The notes below the pieces were generated by a model. It did no database searches and was not told the origin of the DNA. It worked only from the letters and a program-made list of their open reading frames with translations. The position numbers were made by a program, and so were the translations under genes. Shown piece after piece: positions 1 to 8,448 of a DNA stretch of 64,000 bases. The DNA is taken from contig OZ244779.1 in assembly GCA_965219575.1 (NCBI GenBank), positions 1,994,585 through 2,058,584 on the forward strand. The letters run 5' to 3'. This DNA comes from Candidatus Oxydemutatoraceae bacterium (lineage in GTDB: Bacteria; Pseudomonadota; Gammaproteobacteria; Poriferisulfidales; Oxydemutatoraceae). How positions within the stretch are numbered: position 1 is the stretch's first letter; every line of letters starts with the position of its first letter.

Positions 1-2472
1 GCCTGAATCTGTATTTATACCGACCAACCCCCCTACTTTATCGTTCCCGTTAACATTTCCCGTCGCATAGCTATTCGTGATAGTGCCTAAAACCGTATTT
101 ATACCGACTAGACCGCCTATTTCATCGTTCCCATTAACATTTCCCGTCGCATAACTATTCGTGATAGAACCTAAAACCGTATTTATACCGACTAGACCGC
201 CTATTTCATCGTTCCCGTTAACATTTCCCGTCGCATAACTATTCGTGATAGTGCCTAAATTTGTGTTTATACCGACTAAACCACCTGTACTGTCAAAAGT
301 AGACCCGGTAAAATTTACTTTCGCATAGCTATGTGTGATGGCACCATGATTTTGACCGACTAGACCGCCTAAATTCAACAGACCCTCTGTAACATCTCCT
401 GTTGCATAGCTGTTTGTTATAGTGCCTTGATTCCAACCGACTAAACCTCCTACCACATTTTGCCCTTCAATGTCTACGTTTAGCAAACCCAGATTAGTAA
501 TTTCAGCCTCGGATTCGGTAATACCGAACAAGCCTACTTCATTCAAGCGATCTTTGTTGATCGTCAGATTGGAGATCGTATAGCCGTTGCCTTCAAATGC
601 TGCATCAAAAGCAGCAACAGAAGAATTCCCAATCGGTTGCCAGCCGTGGTCGGTCGTCCAGGCCGTTTTATTGGCTATTGTACGGTAGCTATCGTTATCC
701 ATGAAGTCCAAGCTTCGTGTTAATTCGAAACCTCGGCATCCATCGGGGGGACAGCCTGTCATTATTATCGGAATACTATCACTCATCTTATAACCGGTGC
801 CATCCAAGGCATAGCGCATTTCATCAACACCTTCCAAGTCGCAGATTTCTATCAAACCGTCGTTATCCTTATCAATATCCGTGTCTTCAAATATGCCGTC
901 GTTATCGTCGGCAAATCTTAACGAAGTAGTACATAACGGCAGATCCATTGCTAACGACGCAACGATGCTATAAGAAATGATACTGCCATCGGATTCGCCG
1001 ACCGTGATGTTCAGCATGGTGTTGTCGCCTATGGCGATAGGGTTGCTTGTGCCGCTGCCGCCCTTGCCGACAAAATAATCAATAGCGGGGTCCTCTCCTT
1101 GTTTGACGATTTCAATCGTCGCATCGGGGTGATAGGTTCTCAATCTCAAAACGATGCTCGGCGTGGTGCCGATAAGCGGGAAAAAAGCTATAACATAATG
1201 GGTCGTTGAAACCCCGAAAGTCGGACTCAATGTCATGCCGACTGTTAATAATTCCAGTTCTCTTAACCCCACGCCCTGATTCGGCAACAAAGTGTTGCTA
1301 TCCGCATCTTTGAGTACCGGGAATTGATCCGAAGTGCCGAAGTCCCATACCTCGGTACTCCAGTTGCTATAGATCCCGGTTGCCGTCGTCGGTGATTTGA
1401 GTGCCTCGGCGGTTTGTCTTACCTGTATAGGAACCCTGCTAATTGCCCGTCCCGTCGCATAGCTGTTCGTTATTGTGGCACCGAGACTATTTCGCCCGAC
1501 TAAACCACCTATATTAGGAACTGCTTGAAATGGATTATCGTCACGAGTGTTGATCTCCGGAACAGAACCTATCGCATAGCTGTTTGTTATTGTAGCAACG
1601 GAATCATTCAACCCGGCTAAACCACCTATGTTTTGTTTCCCGTTAACATTTCCGGTCGCATAGCTGTTCGTAACGGCACCTCGATTCAACCCGACTAAAC
1701 CCCCTATTTCATCGTTACCGTTAACATTTCCGGTCGCATAACTGCTCGTGATAATGCCTGAATCTGTATTTGTACCGACTAAACCCCCTATCTCATCGTT
1801 ACCGCCAACATTTCCGGTCGCATAGCTATGTGTGATGGCACCATGATTCCGACCGACTAAACCTCCTACTATATTTTGTCCTTCAATGTCTATGTTTAGC
1901 AAACCCAGATTAGTAATTTCAGCCTCGGATTCGGTAATACCGAACAAGCCTACTCCATTCAAGCGATCTTTGTTGATCGTCAGGTTGGAGATGGTGTAGC
2001 CGTTGCCTTCAAATGTTGCACCAAAAGAAGCAACAGAAGAATTCCCAATCGGTTGCCAGTCTTGGTCGGTCGTCCAGGCCGTTTTATTAGCTATTGTGCG
2101 GTAGCTATCGTTATCCATGAAGTCCAAGCTCCGTGTTAGTTCGAAACCTCGGCATCCATCGGGGGGACAGCCTGTCATTATTATCGGAATACTATCACTC
2201 ATCTTATAACCGGTGCCATCCAAGGCATAGCGCATTTCATCAATACCTTCCAAGTCGCAGATTTCTATCAAGCCGTTGTTATCTTTATCAATATCCACAG
2301 CTCGAGCTACGCCGTCGTTATCGTCGGGAAAGTTTATCGAAGTAGTACACGAAGGCAAAGTTATTTGCGCCGATACAACTTGCAAGCCCCCGAGCGCAAG
2401 TAAAAAAACGATATAGAGAAAACGGCCGATTTTGTTCGGGATGCTATCCGATTTTGCCGGCTTAAATTTCAT
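1..2472 (-). CDS. Large secreted GLUG-motif repeat protein. Start codon at complement 2470..2472; C-terminus runs off the window edge
   Basis: Manual translation of the minus strand gives one open frame from the ATG at 2472 to position 1. N-terminal signal-like sequence MKFKPAKSDSIPNKIGRFLYIVFLLALGGLQVVSAQ. Many IGGLVGxN..G.ITNSYATGNVNGNDE (GLUG) repeats. GGGGGAGG Shine-Dalgarno upstream of the ATG. Absent from the ORF track because the stop lies outside the window. Confidence 0.75.
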   Translation of the reverse strand, partial: MKFKPAKSDSIPNKIGRFLYIVFLLALGGLQVVSAQITLPSCTTSINFPDDNDGVARAVDIDKDNNGLIEICDLEGIDEMRYALDGTGYKMSDSIPIIMTGCPPDGCRGFELTRSLDFMDNDSYRTIANKTAWTTDQDWQPIGNSSVASFGATFEGNGYTISNLTINKDRLNGVGLFGITESEAEITNLGLLNIDIEGQNIVGGLVGRNHGAITHSYATGNVGGNDEIGGLVGTNTDSGIITSSYATGNVNGNDEIGGLVGLNRGAVTNSYATGNVNGKQNIGGLAGLNDSVATITNSYAIGSVPEINTRDDNPFQAVPNIGGLVGRNSLGATITNSYATGRAISRVPIQVRQTAEALKSPTTATGIYSNWSTEVWDFGTSDQFPVLKDADSNTLLPNQGVGLRELELLTVGMTLSPTFGVSTTHYVIAFFPLIGTTPSIVLRLRTYHPDATIEIVKQGEDPAIDYFVGKGGSGTSNPIAIGDNTMLNITVGESDGSIISYSIVASLAMDLPLCTTSLRFADDNDGIFEDTDIDKDNDGLIEICDLEGVDEMRYALDGTGYKMSDSIPIIMTGCPPDGCRGFELTRSLDFMDNDSYRTIANKTAWTTDHGWQPIGNSSVAAFDAAFEGNGYTISNLTINKDRLNEVGLFGITESEAEITNLGLLNVDIEGQNVVGGLVGWNQGTITNSYATGDVTEGLLNLGGLVGQNHGAITHSYAKVNFTGSTFDSTGGLVGINTNLGTITNSYATGNVNGNDEIGGLVGINTVLGSITNSYATGNVNGNDEIGGLVGINTVLGTITNSYATGNVNGNDKVGGLVGINTDSG
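330..2346. repeat. Internal tandem duplication inside the GLUG gene, period 1416 bp; copies about 330-930 and 1746-2346 are over 90 percent identical
   Basis: Plus-strand ORFs 717..929 and 2133..2345 are near-identical. Direct alignment of 445-575 with 1861-1990 is near-identical at offset 1416. Confidence 0.8.
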
Positions 2473-2695
2473 GACCTCCCCCCTTTCGGTCTAAAACTTA
2501 GATGAGATTTTTATTATATCATTTCCTTCTCCGATACCAATAAATCTTAAATCGTAAGGGCCGACCATTCCCTTTCATAGGAAGGAAATGGTCCACCACC
2601 ATAGGTAGTTTGCAAATATAATTATGGTAAACGGCAGTGGGATTGTAGATCGGCGACGATTAACTGATATACTGCTATTTTTTGAAACGCGAACG

Positions 2696-4369
2696 ATGGA
2701 CGATTTAAGCAAAGAACCACAATCCAATTTCATACGGCAGATCGTAGAGCAGGATATTGCTGCCGGCAAGAATGAAGGGCGTGTGCATACACGTTTCCCG
2801 CCGGAACCGAACGGACATTTGCATATAGGTCATGCAAAATCTATCTGCTTAAACTTCGGTATAGCCGAACAATACGAAGGACTCTGCAACCTGCGTTTTG
2901 ACGACACCAACCCCGAAAAAGAAAGCGAGGAGTATGTCGAAGCGATCAAAGACTGTGTTCGTTGGCTGGGATTTGACTGGCATAATATTCGTTATGCCTC
3001 GGATTATTTCGAACTTTTTTATCAATACGCGGTAGAACTGATAAACAAAGAATGTGCTTATGTATGTAGCCTCAGTGCCGAAGAGATTAGACACTACAGA
3101 GGCACACTAACCGAAGCCGGCACCGACAGCCCGTATCGCAACCGTAGCGTCGCGGAGAACTTGACTTTGTTCGAGCAAATGAAAGACGGTGTCTACAAAA
3201 ACGGTGCGCATGTGTTGCGCGCAAAAATTGACATGGCTTCGGCAAATCTCAATATGCGAGACCCGACTATCTATAGGATACGGCACACCGCACATCATAG
3301 AACCGGAACCCGGTGGTGCATCTATCCGACCTACGACTTTTCACATTGTTTGTCCGATGCCATAGAAGACATCACCCACTCCTTATGTACACTTGAGTTT
3401 GAAGACCACCGCCCGCTATACGATTGGTTTTTAGATAAATTGGGAACCGTACATCCTCAGCAGATTGAATTTGCGCGCCTGCAGTTGAACTATACGATCA
3501 CCAGCAAGCGCAATCTAAAGACTTTGATAGACCAAAACTTTGTCGAAGGCTGGGACGACCCGCGCCTGATGACCTTGGGTGGCATGAAAAGACGAGGCAT
3601 TCCGCCGGCGGCAATACACGATTTTTGTGAACGCATCGGCTTGACTAAAAAGGACAGCTGGATCGATTTCGCACTCTTCGAGAATTGTGTGCGCGATATA
3701 CTCAATAAAACATCGTTGCGTAAAATGGCAGTGATAGATCCCTTAAAAGTCGTCATCGTGAACTACCCCGAAGACGAAGTGGAATATCTAGATGCGGTCA
3801 ATAAGCCGAACGATGCTACAGCCGGCACCCGCCCGCTGGCTTTTTCGCGTGAACTCTATATAGAGCGCGACGACTTTATGGAGACCCCGGTCAAAAAATT
3901 CTTCAGGCTCGCACCGGGACGAGAAGTGCGGCTGAAATATGCTTATTACATTCGCTGTGAACAAATAATAAAAGACGAAAACGGAAAGATTACCGAACTC
4001 CACTGCCGCTACGACCCGCAAACTCGCGGCGGCGACAGCGCGGACAAGCGCAAGGTTAAGGGCACCTTACATTGGCTTAGTGCGAAACATGCACAACACG
4101 CCGAGATACGGCTTTACGATAGATTATTCAATGTCGAAAACCCGTTGGCACACGAGGACATTAAGCAAACACTCAACCCCGACTCGTTGGTCGTCAAAAA
4201 ACAATGCCTAGTTGAACCCGGTGCCTTAGAAATACCACACGACGATTGTATACAATTCGAGAGATTGGGTTATTTTTGTTTAGATCGTCGCGATCATTCA
4301 CCGACATATCCGGTATTCAATCGCACTATCACACTGCGCGATACTTGGGCAAAAATCTTGCGTGGGTAA
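2696..4369 (+). CDS. glnS: Glutaminyl-tRNA synthetase
   Basis: HTRFPPEPNGHLHIGHAKSICLNFG (class I HIGH motif region) and the N-terminal FIRQIVEQDIAAGK match E. coli GlnRS. Start moved to MDDLSK at 2696. Confidence 0.9.
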   Translation: MDDLSKEPQSNFIRQIVEQDIAAGKNEGRVHTRFPPEPNGHLHIGHAKSICLNFGIAEQYEGLCNLRFDDTNPEKESEEYVEAIKDCVRWLGFDWHNIRYASDYFELFYQYAVELINKECAYVCSLSAEEIRHYRGTLTEAGTDSPYRNRSVAENLTLFEQMKDGVYKNGAHVLRAKIDMASANLNMRDPTIYRIRHTAHHRTGTRWCIYPTYDFSHCLSDAIEDITHSLCTLEFEDHRPLYDWFLDKLGTVHPQQIEFARLQLNYTITSKRNLKTLIDQNFVEGWDDPRLMTLGGMKRRGIPPAAIHDFCERIGLTKKDSWIDFALFENCVRDILNKTSLRKMAVIDPLKVVIVNYPEDEVEYLDAVNKPNDATAGTRPLAFSRELYIERDDFMETPVKKFFRLAPGREVRLKYAYYIRCEQIIKDENGKITELHCRYDPQTRGGDSADKRKVKGTLHWLSAKHAQHAEIRLYDRLFNVENPLAHEDIKQTLNPDSLVVKKQCLVEPGALEIPHDDCIQFERLGYFCLDRRDHSPTYPVFNRTITLRDTWAKILRG

Positions 4370-4374
4370 AGGTG

Positions 4375-4632
4375 GGGCTGCTGAAAAAGTACCGTTTTGC
4401 ACGAATAATGTTTTGACCCTACCCAATTTATGTTTGCCTACCGTAGGGGCGGACTTATATGTCCGCCCGTAACGCGTTGCGCCTGCACGATTTATACATT
4501 TATTCATCCAATTTATGGAAACCAAAGCCATACAGCGCAGGCGGTTACGGTTATTCTGGACGGTATTTAAGGGCAGACATTAGAGTTGCCGATTGACCTA
4601 TCGGGCGGACATACAAGTCCGCCCCTACAAGC
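4375..4632. repeat. Mosaic intergenic palindromic-unit array (REP/BIME-like)
   Basis: Contains GGGGCTGCTGAAAAAGT, GGGCGGAC-N6-GTCCGCCC twice, and GCCGATTGACC..CAATCGGC modules shared with about 17 other intergenic regions. Confidence 0.85.
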
Positions 4633-4751
4633 TCAATCGGCGGTACTACGTTTAGCTTTTCTTTTTCTCACGGGGGTGTGCGCAACAAGAGAGGAAGTTG
4701 ACCACCAATAATCGGTTCTGGGGATCAAATGCATCGGAATTACACCGACAG

Positions 4752-5596
4752 TCAGTCCATTACTAAACTTACCTTCGATAATCTCCGGACTGATGTAGGT
4801 ATAATTAAGCAACGAACGCAACCAGCATAGTTTTCCCGGGCAATGTAGCCGGGATAAACTTGCTTTAATGCGGCGTAGCAACGAGGGTGCAGACCGCTGC
4901 CCCCATGCCAACGCAACACATAGTAGCGTCGGTATTTTTCGCTATTTTCCCCCAATTCTGCCTGTATCACTAAACCATACAGCCGGTTGATGTATTTGCC
5001 AGCGTGCCTCAGGATCGTTTGCGAGTATTATGTTCATACTCTCTTGGTCTAGTTGTTTCATTTCCACTACTTGCCGAAAATAGTTTTGCGTACGCACATT
5101 GGCACGGCAAAAAAAAGAAGCCTGCACAGAGAACGAAATGATAACGATCAAAATGCTCCTTCGGCGCGTGTGTTCCTTGAGACATAAGTAAGTCAAATTC
5201 GGTATGTTGCATTAACCAAGGCATTGGGTCTTGTAGCCAGAACGCATCGGCATCACTATGGATAAAGTCGCTCCCCGACCTGATGAGTGCGAGAAATAAT
5301 TTTTTGCGTAAACTAAAAAGTGTTGCCGGTAGAAGTTTGCCGGATGGTTCGGCTAGTTCGTGTATGCGTATATCCGGAAATAAATCACAGAAATAAACTG
5401 CACGATCACCGTGTCCGATTTCGTTTAGCCACGCAACCAATTCCCTATCCATGCAAACAATTCGCCAATGGTCGCAAGTCGACAAGGCGTGTTTAATCCA
5501 TTCATGAATAACATTTCGGTAATTAAAAGTCCCGAACACAATCGTAACGGGTGTGCCGTTGACCGGGTCAAACGACGAAAATCTATCTACGGTCAT
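4752..5596 (-). pseudogene. Probable disrupted nucleotide-diphospho-sugar transferase-like gene. A 195-aa ORF plus downstream fragments lie in other frames
   Basis: ORF 5009..5596 (FIHSDADAFWLQDP) is followed by overlapping minus-strand ORFs 4942..5196 and 4752..4970 that look like continuations after frameshifts. The family call is weak. Confidence 0.35.
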
Positions 5597-5637
5597 ATTT
5601 CTCTCCAGTGTAAATCCGGTATTTAAGCGAAGACATC

Positions 5638-7173
5638 TTAATTTTCCTCTAGCTTTTTCTTAGGGTGCATCAACGGGAATAAAATAACATCCTTGATGGC
5701 GTTGCAACCGGTGAGTATCATCACCAGTCTGTCTATACCGATACCGACACCGGCGGCAGGAGGCATTGCGTGTTCCAAGGCTTCTATATAGTCGGCATCG
5801 TAGTACATCGCTTCGTCGTCTCCGCCGCTTTTTCGGTCGGCTTGCATTTTCAATCGGCGAGCTTGTTCAATCGGGTCGTTGAGCTCCGAAAAGCCGTTGG
5901 CAACTTCGTAGCCCGATATAAATAATTCAAATCGTTCGGCTATCTCCGCATAGCCGCTTTTGGGACGGGCAAGCGGCGAGACGATACTTGGATAATCGCA
6001 AACAAAGGTAGGCCTTTGCAGTTGCGGTTCGACGCGTTTCTCGAATATCGCCAGCTGGAGCAGATAGGGGTTATCGGTGTTATCGACGGCGATGCCTTCG
6101 GCAGCAGCGTAGTCCTTGAGTAGCTTCGGATCATCCAGCGATTGTTCGTTCAAACCGTCGGTATATTTCGATAATGCTTGTCTAAAAGTGATACGCTCAA
6201 AGGGTTGACTCAAATCGTACAGGTCGTTGCGTGCAGTCTCCTCGGCTTTCGGCAACGACGGAAATTCTTCGTACAAAAGCGATTGACAACTACGCAACAG
6301 TTTCTCGGTTGTGTCCATCGCTTGCCGATAATCTATGTAGGCTTGATAAAACTCCAACATCGTAAATTCCGGGTTGTGATGGCTCGAGATACCCTCATTC
6401 CTAAAATTGCGATTCAATTCGTAGATTTTTTCAAAACCGCCGACGAGCAATCGCTTTAGATAAAGTTCCGGGGCAACACGCAGATACAAAGTCATATCCA
6501 GCGCGTTGTGATGCGTAATAAAAGGTTTAGCGGTTGCCCCACCCGGCAAGCTTTGCATCATCGGCGTTTCTACTTCCAGAAAACTCTGCCGATTGAGATA
6601 ATCGCGTAAATAGGCGATTATCCGTGAGCGCATTTTGAATACCGTGCGGCTGCCTTCGTTGATGATTAAATCCAAATAGCGTTTTCTATATCGGGTCTCT
6701 ATATCGGCTAAACCGTGAAATTTCTCGGGCATAGGTTGTAGAGACTTGGCAAGTATACGAAGTTCGCTCACCCGGATACTCAGCTCGCCGGTTTTGGTTT
6801 TGGTTAAGCTACCGCAGGCACCGATAATATCGCCGTTATCCAACAATGCTAAAGACCCGACCGACGCTTCGGCAGATCCGACAATCATCAACTGTAGGGT
6901 TCCACCGCGGTCGCGTAATTTAACAAAACTGGTCTTGCTCATTTGTCGCTTTGCCATCACTCGCCCGGCAACTGCCACCTGCACCTTGCGCGTTTCCAAT
7001 TCGTCGCGATCCAGATGTCGATACTGCGCGTGAAAATCGGCACTGCTGGTTTCAATCGCATGTGCCGTATCGTCGGTGGCTATGGTACGCCTAAAGTCGT
7101 TGGGGTACGCCTCACCCGACTGCGATAGCTTTTTGAGCTTTTTACGGCGGTCTGCGGCTTCGTCGCTCATCAT
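5638..7173 (-). CDS. lysS: Lysyl-tRNA synthetase, class II
   Basis: FRNEGISSHHNPEFTMLEFYQAY and GGATAKPFITHHNALDMTLYLRVAPELYLKRL. Lies immediately downstream of prfB as in E. coli. Confidence 0.92.
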   Translation of the reverse strand: MMSDEAADRRKKLKKLSQSGEAYPNDFRRTIATDDTAHAIETSSADFHAQYRHLDRDELETRKVQVAVAGRVMAKRQMSKTSFVKLRDRGGTLQLMIVGSAEASVGSLALLDNGDIIGACGSLTKTKTGELSIRVSELRILAKSLQPMPEKFHGLADIETRYRKRYLDLIINEGSRTVFKMRSRIIAYLRDYLNRQSFLEVETPMMQSLPGGATAKPFITHHNALDMTLYLRVAPELYLKRLLVGGFEKIYELNRNFRNEGISSHHNPEFTMLEFYQAYIDYRQAMDTTEKLLRSCQSLLYEEFPSLPKAEETARNDLYDLSQPFERITFRQALSKYTDGLNEQSLDDPKLLKDYAAAEGIAVDNTDNPYLLQLAIFEKRVEPQLQRPTFVCDYPSIVSPLARPKSGYAEIAERFELFISGYEVANGFSELNDPIEQARRLKMQADRKSGGDDEAMYYDADYIEALEHAMPPAAGVGIGIDRLVMILTGCNAIKDVILFPLMHPKKKLEEN

Positions 7174-7180
7174 ATGCTCA

Positions 7181-8279
7181 CTAGTAGCCTTGTTTGAGGC
7201 TTTCTTCTATAAAGGCGGTGATATCACCGTCCAATACCGCTTGGGTGTTGGTGTTCTCGTAGCGAGTGCGCAAATCCTTAATTCGTGATTGATCCAACAC
7301 ATAAGAACGGATTTGATTGCCCCAGCCTATATCGGATTTACTCTCTTCCATCGCTTGTTTCTCGGTCAGCTTTTTACGCATTTCCAGTTCGTACAATTTG
7401 GCTTTTAGTTGCTTCATCGCAATACTTTTGTTCTTGTGCTGGGAACGGTCGCTTTGACATTGCACCACGGTCGAGGTCGGTAGGTGCGTAATCCTGACTG
7501 CCGATTCGGTCTTGTTGACATGCTGCCCCCCCGCTCCGCTCGCTCTGTAGACATCTATGCGTAGATCGGCAGGGTTAATCTCTATATCCAATGCGTCGTC
7601 CACCTCGGGGTAGACAAACGCCGAAGCAAAGGAGGTGTGCCGCTTGTTGCCGGCGTTGAACGGCGACTTGCGCACCAAACGATGGATACCGGTTTCGCTA
7701 CGCAACCACCCGTAGGCATAATCCCCTTGTATGTAAACGGTTGCGCTTTTAATTCCGGCAACTTCACCCGGCGATATTTCGGTGATACCGGCCTTAAAAG
7801 ATTGTCGCTCCGCCCACCGCAAATACATGCGTAGTAGCATCTCCGCCCAATCTTGCGCTTCGGTACCACCCGAGCCGGCGTTGATATCCAGATAAGCATT
7901 ATTGGCATCCATCTCGCCGCCGAACATGCGCTGAAACTCAAGGGTTTCGACCTGCTCGCAGATCCGTTGCACATCGTCTCCCAGTGCCGCCAAAGTCTCG
8001 GCATCTTGCTCTTGCTCCACAAGTTCAAGTAAAGCACGGCTGTCGTTTAAACTTTGTTCTAGTGTGGTGAGGCTATTTATAATTTTCTCTAGGGTGCTAC
8101 GTTCTTTGTTTAGGCTACGTACGCGTTCTTGTTGGTTCCATACTGCGTTATCCTCCAGTTCCCTACACAAGACATCGTGGCGTTTTTGCTTTGCGTCAAA
8201 GTCAAAGATACCCCCTCAGCGCATCGCTACGGCGCGTTAGATCTTCTATTTTTTGCTTGATTGTGTTCAATTCTTCCAT
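7181..8279 (-). CDS. prfB: Peptide chain release factor 2 with programmed +1 ribosomal frameshift
   Basis: GGQ motif ([22 protein letters not shown]). The upstream frame [25 protein letters not shown] ends at CTT TGA C, preceded by AGGGGG; the +1 frame continues [10 protein letters not shown]... into ORF 7181..8170. Confidence 0.9.
8191..8206 (-). promoter_or_regulatory. prfB +1 frameshift site (internal SD-like AGGGGG, then UAU CUU UGA C)
   Basis: Reverse complement of 8191-8206 is AGGGGGTATCTTTGAC, the same heptamer as the E. coli prfB recoding site. Confidence 0.85.
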
Positions 8280-8448
8280 AATTAATCCATCAAAGCGATG
8301 ATTGTATCAAATATCGTGCCTAATGAATAGCCGCCGCTTGCTTCATTGGCTCAATCGGCGGAGATTGTATTTTGTAATGTGGGCATTGCTGATATGTTAG
8401 GTTCTGCCCAATGTCACGCCACTTGTGCTACTGCAACAAGTGGCGGTT

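Noticed and set aside
717-2345. The 70-aa plus-strand ORFs 717..929 and 2133..2345 as real duplicated small genes
   Set aside because: They are antisense to a continuous minus-strand GLUG-protein ORF. Their duplication simply reflects the 1416-bp internal duplication of that gene.
7582-8037. Internal or antisense ORFs inside housekeeping genes (7582..8037 in prfB, 22122..22939 in yoaA, 49025..49997 in pmbA, 57041..60926 in gltB, 3107..4021 in glnS)
   Set aside because: They are shorter than, and embedded in, strongly supported conserved genes. They are typical GC-biased antisense artefacts.
8418-8444. GCTACTGCA-loop hairpins as rho-independent terminators
   Set aside because: None is followed by a U-tract in either orientation. 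Conservation of loop sequence rather than just structure argues for a recognition element instead.
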